Assembly: GCA_951406725.2 (NCBI GenBank)
Contig: OX597818.1
Span: 21,514,001-21,578,000, forward strand
DNA: 64,000 nucleotides
DNA from: Octopus vulgaris
Taxonomy: Eukaryota
Reading direction: 5' to 3'
Position numbers and translations under genes: made by a program. Below, one piece after another: positions 51,918-64,000 of this stretch. Within the stretch, counting starts at the first letter, position 1; each line of letters begins with the position of its first letter. Under the pieces are notes generated by a model. The model was given only the letters and a program-made list of their open reading frames with translations. It was not told the DNA's origin and did no database searches.

Positions 51918-52657
51918 TACTCTTATTCTTTTTATTGGCCACACAGGGGACAGCATATGGTGGGGACAGAAAAAAAAAAACGAATGGAAAGGATGAATTA
52001 GATAAACTGATAAATGAAATGAAGCTGTTTGGGCAGCTGCTAGCCAGGCCACATCAATTTCTGGGGGTATATCTTCTACCCTAACCCTGGGAGTACGCCT
52101 TCCAAGGTAAATGGGTAGAAGCACCACTTCATCCGTTTTTAAGGCTGTTGCCAAGTGCATCCTAGCAGTAGCTACCTCCCAGAACTGCACCTCCACCGTT
52201 CCAAACTTTCTTCCTCTGGCAAGGTAAGAAATCCATTGCCAGATTGGTTTTAATGCCTCTTCAACTTGAACAGTTAACATGATTTCACTTTTCCTTGTTA
52301 TTGCTGAGTACGTCCTGTAAATAATATTTTTTTTTTCTTCCTTTTTTTAAAAAAACTTCTTTGGGTGGGGCGGGGGGGCACGTCTGCGTTGCTCCCCTCC
52401 CTTTGAATCTACTCAACTCCTCCAGATATACGTCTTTGCTTTTCTCTTTCACCGCATCTGCATAATTCTTCACCTCCATTGCTTTGTCTATTCTTTTAAC
52501 CAGCTCTTCCTCAGATGATGTAAAGTCTGAAGAAGAAGAACTCAAACCTTCATATTCCATTACAAAGGCACGAACCTATGATGATCCCCCATCAAACAAG
52601 AGGGAAGATGTCTAACAATACTGCCGCAAGATGGCAAAACACAGAGGCAGCAGTTTA
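51918..52657 (-). mobile_element. Short Tx1/L1-like ORF1-fragment retroposon inserted in an LTR
   Basis: ORF1 N-terminal remnant GRKFGTVEVQF...YLGRRTPRVRVEDIPPEIDVAWLAAA. 10-bp TSD actaccaaaa/actatcaaaa (51908-51917, 52658-52667). The empty site is visible in the sister LTR at ~50413-50422. Confidence 0.82.
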
Positions 52658-55600
52658 ACTATCAAAACGCTCTCTCTGACTACTATCAACACTACTCTTT
52701 ATAAGAGTTCGGCTAGTTGATTCTTCCAATCCCCCAGGGGTGTCAATGACTCTCGCGACAACAATTATTTTTTATCATCCAGAGTTCATTTGAGTTGAGC
52801 TGATCATCTGAATCCTTTCCATAAATTTGTGGCCTCATATCAATATAAGAGAATATTACTACATGGAATTCGTTGAGTACCAAGCAAAATGTCTTGTAGT
52901 GTTGGATGTTCTGTGTTCAAATCTTGCTCGGATCAACTTTCTTTCATCCTCCTGGGATCAATAAAATATGTACCAATCAAATATTGTGATTGATTTAAGT
53001 TGCCTATATTTCTCTCTAAAATATCTATGGTTTTATCTATTTATTAAAAAAGAAATCATTATTGTTGTATCTACTGTTGTTGTGAAATGTAAATATGATT
53101 ACAAGATTTCAGTGTAATGTTCAAGTAAAAACATTACACTGCGACTGCTGAGGGAAAGAGAGGAAGTCAGGTCAAAGACCTGGTGTTAATACTTCCAATA
53201 AATTGAGTGAATTTTACTAATGATAATAAAGAGCCATATAAAGGTGTTACCAACATTATCCTTTAAGTTTGTATAGGTTTAAAGTAATCTTTTTTAGTTG
53301 ACATTGAAAACCATTCATTCTAGTTATTAACCCTAAGTAAGACTTGATCTATCTATGACCAGTTTGTCTAACTACTTTATCAAATATGTTCTTCCCTGGG
53401 TATGATTTTAATGAAATATGACTGCTATTTCTGGCTTACTCATTGACTTGGGACATTCATTTTATTAGATAGAAAAGTGCAGTTGTGTGGTAGATATATA
53501 AGACAACCTGATTAAATATTCAGCAGTATTCATCTACATTCTTTTAAGCTTCAGTTCAAATCCAGCTGTCTTTTCTTATTTTCCAAATTTAAAAGTAAGT
53601 ACTAGCTATGTACTGCAGAGTAGAGGTGGGGATGTATTTATTTGACTTCATGCCTCTCCAAACATATGCAGCTCCCCACCAAATTTAGAAATCACTCAGG
53701 CAATTGGAGGAGGTGAACAAGCCTGTACTCACATCCTTTTCACAGAAGCTGGCAGATGGAGTGGCATATTGATAAGGATAGGAATGGCTATGAAATAATA
53801 ACATAACAAGATAACTGATTAATGAAGTAGTTGCCTTTTAGTTTGATTTGTAGCAGGTTATTTGGTTTGAATGAAATCATCAGGATGAGGGGTAGGGTGA
53901 GTATTAGGAAAGAATTCAACAGAGTGCTTAGTATAAGTAGTGGTATTGGTGAGGTGAGAGTGATGCCTGAAGGTGGTTTCACACATGATGGTGATGTTGC
54001 TGGTAGCTAAGTGAAATGCATTGAGCGTGGTGAGAAGTGAAGAAGTGATTGCATTGAGTGGGTTTATGTTTGGTGGTTGATGAGGATTAAGCAAGTAAAA
54101 TGTGCTTACACTTGATGGTTGGGGGCAATGTCCTATGGTTGTATTCAGCACTCTAGTGAATGACATTTTTCTGTATAGAAATAAATCTAGCAGCACTTTC
54201 AGACTGAAGCATTTTCTGGCTCTCAAAAAGGAGCCAATTTTCTGTGGTACAGTCTTAGATGATTATACTTCATTAAATTTACTTCCTTTTGAATTTACCT
54301 TTTTCTTTTTTAATATTTCATCATTACTGTTAAATCTCTTATTCCTTTAAGCTATCTAACTCCATTGCCATTGGTTAAGGATGGGATGGAACCTGAAGTG
54401 TTTACCTACATCCAAGAATTTGATAGTTTCATACAGTAATTAGGGCTACATTATACAATGTCTCCTCCCCTTTGTTATTGTTATTAACATGCCTAATTGA
54501 GCAGACCTATATTTATGTTCAAAAGTGTTCCTACTGTGACTTTTTCATCTTTTTGCATACTATGATTACATAGTATTTTTAATACATTGTGTCACTAACA
54601 TAGTTAAATGTTTACTTTACTCAATTGTCTTTTGCTGATGTTGATCTCCCAGTCTCTTTAAATAAAAAGCAATTACATTTTATTAGTATTATCACTAAAA
54701 CATTTGTTGTTTAACCCTAGGTTGGTCCTTTTCATTTCAGTCTTTACCATCCTTATCCAATGTGTCCTTCCTATTTAAATATAAAAGGTGATTTGAAAAA
54801 GATTTGGTTGTTATTTAAGCAGGGTGAGTGATCATTTAGTGACCCTCTTCCTTTACATTCAGAGTCAAATCTCACTGTGCTCATTTTTTTGTTCCTCAGA
54901 AGGTGATAAAATATACCTTTGTACCTAAGTAAGACCACCATCATCATAATCATCATTGTCATCATCATGGCCATCATTGTCATCATTGTCATCATCTTAT
55001 TGAAAATTTAACCTTTTGGGTTTGCATATGCCCAGCTTCTGGCAGTAATGTGCTGATTCCTCTCTGGGCTGTTTTTTTTTGACTGAACTTAAGATTTTTG
55101 TTTTTGAAATATGAACACTCTGCAAGTAAGAATTCTCACCTGTCTCTACAATCAGACTGGATTGCATTCATGTAAAGCTGCATGGGCTAGTGATTAGGAT
55201 GTTGGGCTCATGATTGTAAGGTCATGGACCAGGAATCATGTTGTGTCCTTGAACAAGGCACTTCATTTCACATTGTTCCAGTCTACTTAGCTGAAAATAA
55301 GTAAGATCTGAGTTCAGGTGTTGTTCTCACTCCCTCTCTCAGATGCAATTCTTTTAATTTTGATGCTCCACTGGGTGGTAAGGCTGAGAGGGTCTCTATA
55401 TCTACTTGCCTAAAACAGCTACCAAAAGCATGTTATAAGTTTTTAATTACTGTGTCCAGCATTGTTTCTTATAAATTACCTAGTATTTCTCTCTTAACAA
55501 CAGTTTTTTTAAAGCAGTGTAGATGTTCCTATTTGTTAAAAAGTGGTATATCCAAGTTGACCTATTCTGGCGTATTACTAGTACTTATTTTATCGACTCT

Positions 55601-55889
55601 AGAAGTATAAATGACAATATTGCTTTTGGCAAAATATGAATTTGAATCTCGTTTCTCAGCGAAATTTGAATCTGGTTTCTCTGCAAAATTTGAATTTGAA
55701 TCTAGTTTTCTACTATTTGTTATTCTTTCTATCCACTAATTATAAACTATGTTACATTTCTTGTCTGTCTATCTGTCTGTCTCTGTCTTCCACATTTTCT
55801 TTGTGAAAGAAAGAAAATGTATTTTTCTATTCATTATTAAAACTAAAGAAATAAGAATTGAAAATCTGTAACTCAAACATCCTTTAAAC

Positions 55890-56193
55890 AAGGCCTGGCC
55901 AACTTGAATTACATTGCATGCACTTTAATCACAGAAAGTTTTTTTGAGGGCCACTTGCATACTTTATGCACTAATAGTCAAATAATCAAATTACAGAGTC
56001 AAGAATTTTTCATACTTTTCGTTTGTTTAAAATTTTAAAATTGTAGGCTATTGCTTTTTTGCCACTTACAAATCTTAAATTTATTTTGAAACAAATGTTT
56101 TACATAAGCAATTTTATTTTGAAATTAAACACAATACTTCAAGGAAGTATCAAGCAGGCTGCAAGATGAAAGTCTGCAGGTTGGCCAGCCCTG
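55890..56193. mobile_element. hAT-type MITE
   Basis: TIRs aaggcctggccaacttg / caggttggccagccctg; 8-bp TSD ctttaaac/gtttaaac. Confidence 0.75.
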
Positions 56194-59100
56194 GTTTAAA
56201 CAGTAAAAATTTTAGAAAATTATTATTTTTAAAGCTCATAATGAGAGATATTCAGCAACAGTACTTTGGAGTAAAAATTTTGTTCTATCTCAGAGTGGAG
56301 AATTTTTTAATTTATATTTTTATTATTTGTGATTATGATAATGTTGATTTTAAAAAAAATCAAACTTTTTCTCTTATTTAGTGTTTCAAGAAATTCCAAA
56401 CTAAGAGTTCACACCCTTTACTCAATTATCATACTGAAGTTTCCATATTCATAATATATAAAAAAACATTTTTATTTGGATTCACTTTATCAGTTCTGGA
56501 ATTTATACAAAAAAAATCACGTGTACTTAATTAGTAGCTTGTGTCTAGTATATTTAAAATTCTTATTGCAAGAATAGTTGTCTTTTTGCTCCATCTTAAT
56601 CAAGTAGAACTATAATGAAAATCATTTCTGTTGTGACCATTCCTTCCCTTTGTATGTCCAATATTACATTGTCCAATGTGTCTTTTTTTTTTTTTTAATA
56701 TTTGGGTGTAATTTGAAGAAAATGTGGTTACTATTTCCAGCAGGTTAACTGACTGTACAAAGCAGAGAGGGGGAAATGTTCACCAACTGATGAAATTTTT
56801 CTTGCTTACATATGTGAAACTGTCCACTGACAGTCTTTAAAAGCATATGAAAAGAAATGATGTAACTTTTTTAGCCCAAACAGTAATTTTATACACATGG
56901 CATGTCTAAGAATTTTTAAAATGAAAGATTTGTTATTCTTCTTTGTACTTATCTACTCCTTCAGGTTCCTATACATTTGAAATTCACTGTAAAGATTATG
57001 TATCTCTAGTGTAAAGGTTCCTTTGCTATTGCAAAGGTTTTGAGAACTTTGTCGTCAAAGCATATATCTCAAATCTTTTACGTTATCCAGATTACCCACT
57101 TCCCTGTATGGAGTTCCATATAGTAAAATACATTTTTCTCTATATGTTGTGCTTTGATAGTTTTAGTTCTCTGCTGAGAATTGTTTTTATATTGAATTCT
57201 TTCAACCTGGTATAAATCTACTTTTTTCTAGTGTGTGTAAATGTATGCCTTTGTGTGTGTTTGTATGTGTCTGTGTATGCCCACAGGTGTCCATCCACAC
57301 ACGATCGAATCAATTCAAGTGTATTGCTGTATTTATCAACTTCAGTAGGAGGAGGAAAACCTCATTAATCCTAAAAGCTTTGAATCTAGAATATAAAAGT
57401 TAAAAAAAATCAAGAACCGAAATACTGTAATACATTTAATTCTGCATTCTACTGCTTCACTCTAGAGAGATTAATTGTAACATTGAACTGAATTCAAACA
57501 ATATTATTCTGAGTTCATCAAGTGTTGTCTAAATACTATAAAATCAGTATTTAGTATAAGAAGAACCTGTCTACAATAATAATTCGAAATAGGAATAGAA
57601 CAGATTTTGTTTTTTCTGAGAATATAAGTGGACACAATTTAAAATAGGATGTTGTATCTTGTCTGTCTCTCCACTGATAGATAATTTCAAGGCAGCAGGA
57701 TTTCAAAAATTTTATGCCTAATCATATATCTAGCTTTCAATATGAACCCACTGCTTTCAGAGGTTGCCTAAGGACATTACAATTAGAAGGTGCACTGATA
57801 ATCTAAACAAAAGGCTTTGTGGGACTCAATATGTTTACCAGAAACAAATGCAAATAATGACAGATATAATGCATGCACATGATAAACAGAGTAGCAAAAT
57901 TGAATCATCAACTAATTTTATATGTAGTGAGTATTTTTTTTGTATAGACAAATTCAGTCATATGATGGAAGGGGGTGAATGTAGAGAAAGAATTGAGAAA
58001 ATATCCCTGAGCACTGATAAAGGTAAAAACACTGAATAAAAATAAATTGAGTACTGAAGTTTTCCAACTGTGTCAAGGAGAGAGATGAAAAGAGTGTGAA
58101 GGAGAGAATGATAAGTGCAAAGTATTTAGGATGACAGAAAATATGGTAAGAATGAAGTTAGATGTTAAAAGAGATAAAAGTATCCATATTATAAATATAT
58201 TTGTATGTGATAACATGATAAAAAAAATGGTTAAAAATGTGTTACTGAGATTGATTTGATAGGGTGTGAAAACTGGATGAGTTAATATGTTGACTTTATA
58301 AGCATAGAATTACACATTTCATATAGCATTACTAGTATTGCATCTTGTCTTGATAAAAATCCCTCAACTTTCAATGGTCTGGGGTAAAACCTGGTGTCTG
58401 AGGTAACTATACTAATTGTAAATCTAGAAGGTATCAATAAGTTTGGTTGCTATGAGGAATAGAAATAGACATGTGGGAGTGGAAGAGTTATTATGCAAAA
58501 TATCAGCTTTTTTTTCACTTTTTCGTGCAAATGAAACTTATGGGGTACCCAACAAACACTCTCTTTTTTCAATAGCTTGAAAATCATGTAATCATGTAGC
58601 AATAAATAGGTATCTTGAGCAAGTTTGTTACAAACAGGTAACTAATTAACTAATTGAATGGAGTATTTGATATTTCTAGATGTGGTCATCTTGAGTATGC
58701 TATTCTTTTGACTATATAGGTTATCTGTGTTTCTGAGATGGTAAAATGATTATTGAAAGAGATTTAACTACAGAACAGGTTTATTGATTAAAGAGAAAGA
58801 TTCTTCAATGGTTTGGAAATTTTCTGATTAGTTTGTTTAATTGCTTCTCTTTTACAAAGTTAATTAGAAAATAAAAACACTAAAGGCTAACAGAAATTAG
58901 AGAATCTATATACTGTTTGTATGATGGCATCCTAAATTGATAGGAAATTATTTGGTTATTAGAAGATGCGATCAGGGTGAACAAATTCCGTAGCAACTGA
59001 AGCTGAAAACATGAAACCAAGTAGTTTGAGGCAATTTAGATATAAGATCACCATGTTTGTTATGGATACTACACTTGTGTTCTAATTGGTATCGTTGTTT

Positions 59101-59339
59101 GTTTTATAATTAACTCTACTCGTGACAAATTAACATGTAACCTTTTAACATTCATATATTGTCTATAATGCTTTATTGATATCACCTTGTATTTTGATGA
59201 AACTCAAAGAAAAAGTGACTGTTTTATTTAATGAATGTTTTCTGGCTACCAATCATAAGCATTATTAAAACTAATTTAAATAAATAGTATTGCCATTATA
59301 GCGACTGGATTTTGCTGGTGTTCAAATAGAATTTGTTTT

Positions 59340-59925
59340 TCTCCAAGGTACTTGGCAATCCTGGTGGTGATAGTGCCATGTAAAAAGCAATGATGTAAAA
59401 AGCATCAGTACTGGTGTCGTAAAAAGCACTGGTGCTGGTGTCACATAAAAAGCACTGTTTCCATGTAAAAAGCATTGATGTTGGTATTGCATAAGAAGCA
59501 CTGGTGTTGGTGTCACATAAAAAGCACTGACGCCATGTAAAAACCACTGGTACTACATAAAAAGCACTTGTGCTGGTGCAATGTAAAAAAGCACTTGTGC
59601 TGGTGTCACATAAAAAGCACTTGTGATGGTGTCATATAAAAAGCACTGATACTGGTGCCACATAAAAAACACTGATGCTGGTGCCACGTAAAAGACACTG
59701 GTGTTGGTGCCATGTAAAAAGCACCCAGTACACTCTGTAAAGTGTCTGGCATTAGAAAGGGCATCCACTTTGTAAAGTGTCTGGCATTAGAAAGGGCGTC
59801 CAGCTGTAGAAACCATGCCAAAACAGACAATGGGGACTGGCACAACACCTGGCCTTGGCAGCTCCTGTCAAACTGTCCAACCCATGCCAGCATGGAAAAT
59901 GGACATTAAATAATGATGATGATGT
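59340..59925 (+). mobile_element. RTE-type 3' tail with an expanded ~28-bp minisatellite
   Basis: Roughly 14 degenerate gtgctggtgccac(a/g)taaaaagcact units, then ttagaaagggc.tccagctgtagaaac...catggaaaatggacattaaa(tga)n. Confidence 0.88.
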
Positions 59926-60661
59926 AGCTAGTATCTTTTGAATTAGTTTTGAGGCAGTTCTTGTTTCCTCCATCAACAACTATACAATCTTGCACAATGA
60001 GTTTTCATCACTACTTCAGCGAACACAACAAATGTATACTTTGTTGATGAGGTTAGAATATGACTGAAACAAATCTGGAAGTATCTTTTGTACTTGTCAG
60101 AAAACTAGAAATAATAGGTTGACCAATATTGCCCCCTCCCCATTACATATATTACTTCTAGTTCACTTTTTAATGTTATATTAATTAAATGTCAGCAGTA
60201 ATTTAGATATTAATTTTTATAGGGATAGGTATTGCTGAATTATTTAATTTCTCAAAAATAAAGGATATTCAAGGATATATAAAGCTCAGTTGATATTATT
60301 TTAGTTTTTCCATCAGTGTGTAGGTTATTGTTGTTCCAAGCCAGCATTAATCTAGAAAATCTCTGGTCAAAAGTATTCTAGATGTGTCCACTATTACAAA
60401 TATCAACCAGATTTCCCTTAAATCCTGTCTTATCACCTTAAGAAAGTTGGTAAATCTTTTGTAAATCTCATTTTGATATTTAAAAAAAAAAAAAAGGGAA
60501 GCCATATTGTTAAATTTAATCCACTATCTAAAAATAAATGAAAAATTGTCAGGCTAGAATTTCTTTTATCATAAGCTTTCTCAATTAGGACTTGTTGAGG
60601 CAACTTTGTATTAAAAAGTATGTATGAAGGAAATGGTGTTTTATGTAGTAGCCTTCATACC

Positions 60662-62981
60662 TATTGTGGCGAGAGTCATTGACACCCCTGTGGGATTGGA
60701 AAAATGGACTAGCTGAACTCTTATAAAGAGTAGTGTACTGGTTGCGATGAGAGAAGGCATAGGAGTATTGAGAGTTTGTGGAAGTTGTAGGAAGTCATTG
60801 AGATCGTTGAGAGTTTGTATTTACTGGAGTATCGTGTTTAGTGGAGTAATTTGAAGTACGTCGTGTGAAGACAGTTCTGTGTATCCCTGCTTCGTGAAAG
60901 CTGTATATCCAACATATAGAAAGATATAAAAGTGGTGACAAGGATATCCACTTATAAAAGTGGCAATGAATTTATTCAAAGCTTACGTTGGGCGTTAACA
61001 TTTTCTTTTGATACAAAATAAAAAAAAATAGTTAACATGGAAGATTCATTAGCCTCCATGATGCAGTGCAGCAGCAACAACAAAAAGAGTCGAACAACAG
61101 TATCCAAGAGTCAAACAACAATACCAACAGTTGCTGGAATTAATGTTGAAGTCCCAAAATCGTTCTTGCCAGATGGTGTAGCAAATGCAATTGCAGAATT
61201 TAGTTATAACCCAGGATAAGGTATTACTTTTTCTGCATATTTCCAAAGATATGAAGAAATCTTCAAAGAGGAATGCAAAAATTGGACTGACAATGAAAAG
61301 GTATGACTACTTTTAAGACAATTATCCCCTGCTGAATATGAAAAGTACTGTAACTACATTCTGCCTCCAAAAAACTTGTGAAATTTGTTTTAATAAAACA
61401 AACTGTTATAGAAAATTTTCAGTGAGAGAAGTTCCCTGTTCAGTACTTGCTGGGAGTGTTTGAATGTTGTAAAAAAAGATGAAGATTTTGTCACATAGTC
61501 TAGAGTCGTCAATCGAGAATGCAAAAAATTCAAGCTAAAAGAATTAATCCCTTACATGTTCAAATGTCTAATTTTTGTTGAAGAGTTAACTGCAAGCAAA
61601 GATGCAGAGATACATACCTGGATATTGACAAAGTTAGAATAGGACCAGAATTTTACTATGCAGGCAGTGGCAGAGGAATGTCAGAGAATTATTAATCTAC
61701 AATATGACGCAAATAAAATTGAAGAAAAGGATTACTCTCTCATACATGCTTGTTGACCTGTAATAGATAAGGAAAAAGAAAAATGAAGATCAAGACCCAA
61801 TCCATGTTGTGAGTACAGAGATCTACATTTTAAAAATAACTGTCCGTTTAAGAATTTAAAATGTTTTGATTGTCAAAAAATTGGACATAAAGGACAGTTA
61901 TTTTTAAAATGTAGATCTTCTTCATGAACTCTTTGCAAGATATGGTGTCTTGGACACCATAGTATCCAATAATGGTATGCAGTTTACAGTATATGAATTT
62001 AAAAATTTTTGAAAATTGAACACAATTGAACACGTTTCTACTCTACCATACCACTCAAGATCAAACAGGCAAGCGGAACAGTTTGTGGATACATTTAAAA
62101 GAGCATTAAAGAAAACAAGAAATGAACTAGTTGACGATGCAGCATTGACACAATTTTTGAGGGTTTATAGGATAACACCAAACCCAAACATTTGTTCAGG
62201 CAAGTTGCCTGCAGAACTAATGTTTGCTAAAAAAAATAAAGTAAATTTTTGACAAGCTATTACCAGTAAGAAAAACAAATAGGGAAAACATTACAAATAT
62301 GACAAAGTATTTTAATTTTGGTGATGAGGTGTTTTTCAAAATATATAAAAGTGGAAAAGAAGTTTGGGAAGGCAGAGTAACAAAAAAAAAAAAATGTATA
62401 TGATAAAATGCAAAAAATGGGAACATAAAAAGACATTTAAACCAGTTAAAAAATAGATATACAGAAAAAAGATACCCATAGAAGTGCTCTATGACACCTT
62501 TGATTTACCAATGCCACAAGAAGTCAAACCTAGGTGTAGGAGCACAAGAAAGAAGACATGAACAGAATGGTTGGAAGTAATGCCTAAGCAGAAGAAATAT
62601 TAAAAACTTTCCTCCAAAGTAAATCTCCAAAAAAAAAATTAACTTTCAACATATGTCAATCTTAAAAGATACTCGAAAAATAAATAAATAAATAAAGCAT
62701 TAGCTTCCAATGGGGAAGATGTTGTGGTAAGAGTCATTGACACCTCTGTGGGATTAGAAGAATGGACTAGCCAAACTCTTATAAAGAGTAGTATATTGGT
62801 TGAGATGAGAGAAGTTGTTGGAGTCGTTGAAAGTTCATGAAAGTCGTAAGAAGTTGCTGAGAGTTTGTATTTATTAGAGTATCATGTTTAGTGGAGTAAT
62901 TTGAAGTACATCATGTGAAGACAGTTGTGTCTGTTCCTGCCTCGTGAAATCTGTATATCCAATGAATAGAAGGATATAAAA
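60662..62981 (+). mobile_element. Internally deleted Mag-like Gypsy LTR retrotransposon
   Basis: LTRs 60662-60931 and 62720-62981; TSD ATACC (60657-60661, 62982-62986); PBS tggtgacaagg; PPT tggggaaga. Gag IAEFSYNP..ITFSAYFQRYEEIFKEECKNW; integrase SNNGMQF..PYHSRSNRQAEQFVDTFKRAL. No PR, RT or RH. Confidence 0.93.
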
Positions 62982-63157
62982 ATACCAGAGATAGATTAGC
63001 CTTGATTGAGTGGACCTGACCATAATTCTTCATTTGTTTTTAAATAGTAAATTAAATTTTCCAGAATGTCCTTCCTATTTTAAAGTGTTAAAATGTAACT
63101 TAAAAAGAATTTGGTTGCTCTTTCTAGCAAATCAAGCAACAACTATAAAACCATGCC

Positions 63158-63206
63158 TCAGTGCTTTTTATATGACACCATCACAAGTGCTTTTTATGTG
63201 ACACCA
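63158..63206 (-). repeat. Exact 49-bp inverted copy of 59601-59649
   Basis: tcagtgctttttatatgacaccatcacaagtgctttttatgtgacacca is the exact reverse complement. Confidence 0.93.
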
Positions 63207-63426
63207 TGTTAGTTGTATGCAGTGGTGTGAAGTTGAAATTTTCCATTTGATCTCACTGAGGTCAACTTTCACTTTTTAATTTATAATTTTTAGTTTTCTT
63301 TTCATTGAGAGTATGTTTGGTAGTTATATACTGTTAGCTCATAGGTCTTGAGTTCAAATATACTGTAGCATTTTATTGTGTATTTTAATGGTATAATTAA
63401 TTCCACTATGCTAAGTTCATCTAACT

Positions 63427-63540
63427 CAGTGGTTCTTAACTGGTGTCCATATAAGATTTCTGGGGTCTATTCAAGCAAAATAGTAACATGGGGATCCCAT
63501 TAGTATTTTAAGGGTCCATGAAAAATTTTGATTTAAATTT
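63427..63540. mobile_element. Possible hAT MITE end
   Basis: Starts cagtggttcttaac, a common hAT/Charlie-type terminus. Partner TIR not found. Confidence 0.35.
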
Positions 63541-64000
63541 TTCACCCACCCTACCCCACTGAACCAAACTACATCTCTTCCTCACATTTCCTCTTTTTCA
63601 TGAATCATGTTTATCACTCTCTCCCCACTCATGCAGCCCAACCCTACCCTCCTTGCCCTCCCTGCCAACTGTATCATTGCTATCTTGTTGTACCACCTCT
63701 ATATACTCAGGTTTCACCAGTCACTGCATCCCCCTCCACCCTTTGCATTCATATGAACTTTCTACTCATGTATTCTGGGCAATGTTCTACTGTCCCATTT
63801 ATATTCTGATCCTTGTACCTTGAGAGTATACCTATCACCACCATCACTCTCTCTCTCACCCTTGCTCTCCCAATCTCTCTTGTTCTTACTCACCCTCTCT
63901 TTCTCTCTCTGACTGGGATAACCAGGTACCTCCTCTACAGCAAGACTCTTTCTGTCCCTCTGTCATACTCTAACCTCTCATCACTTGGCACAAAGCCACC

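Larger units (their letters stand above)
50340..52763 (-). mobile_element. Non-autonomous Mag-like Gypsy LTR element (gag remnant) with nested insertions
   Basis: 3' LTR 50340-50518 preceded by PPT taatgggggaga. 5' LTR 51826-52763, split by an insertion. PBS tggcaatgag. 5-bp TSD ATTAT at 50335-50339 and 52764-52768. Gag remnant with poly-Q and FIYNPEEGTTFTSYFRRSEEIFKEECKNW. Confidence 0.88.

Noticed and set aside
53858-54226. 122-aa His/Thr/Pro-rich ORF
   Set aside because: Compositionally biased with no motif I recognise. It may be a decayed repeat but cannot be assigned.
57764-58039. 91-aa ORF as a gene
   Set aside because: Non-ATG start, no recognisable domain and no convincing splice signals.
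59370-59730. CRISPR-like array of ~28-bp repeats
   Set aside because: There are no unique spacers, the units are degenerate and contiguous, no cas genes are present, and the array is embedded in a retroposon tail in eukaryotic DNA.

Overview
AT-rich eukaryotic (animal) genomic DNA, not prokaryotic. The SINE, RTE, Mag-Gypsy and MITE families resemble those I recall from octopod cephalopods (Octopus spp.); that assignment is an inference. I found no intact protein-coding gene. Nearly all of the supplied ORFs are microsatellite or repeat artefacts, or fragments of decayed transposons. The window is dense with transposon relics: two tRNA-derived SINE families, several RTE LINEs, CR1 and Jockey/I-like fragments, Tx1/L1-like ORF1-only retroposons, three Ty3/Gypsy relics (two with LTR pairs and target site duplications, TSDs), a maT (DD37D) and a Tigger/pogo relic, a Helitron, and piggyBac- and hAT-type MITEs. 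A CpG-retaining domain (~6.7-16.7 kb) lies between CpG-depleted flanks, consistent with an unmethylated promoter or intergenic region between methylated, probably divergent, long-intron genes. The most interesting observations are: (1) decayed Penelope-type hammerhead ribozyme motifs; (2) ORF1-only Tx1-like elements whose 3' tail is shared with a SINE family; (3) a PHD-like finger embedded in the RTE reverse transcriptase region; (4) locally templated inverted duplications that could form dsRNA; (5) a young higher-order satellite derived from an RTE 3' UTR. All of this was read by eye, and boundaries without a TSD are approximate.
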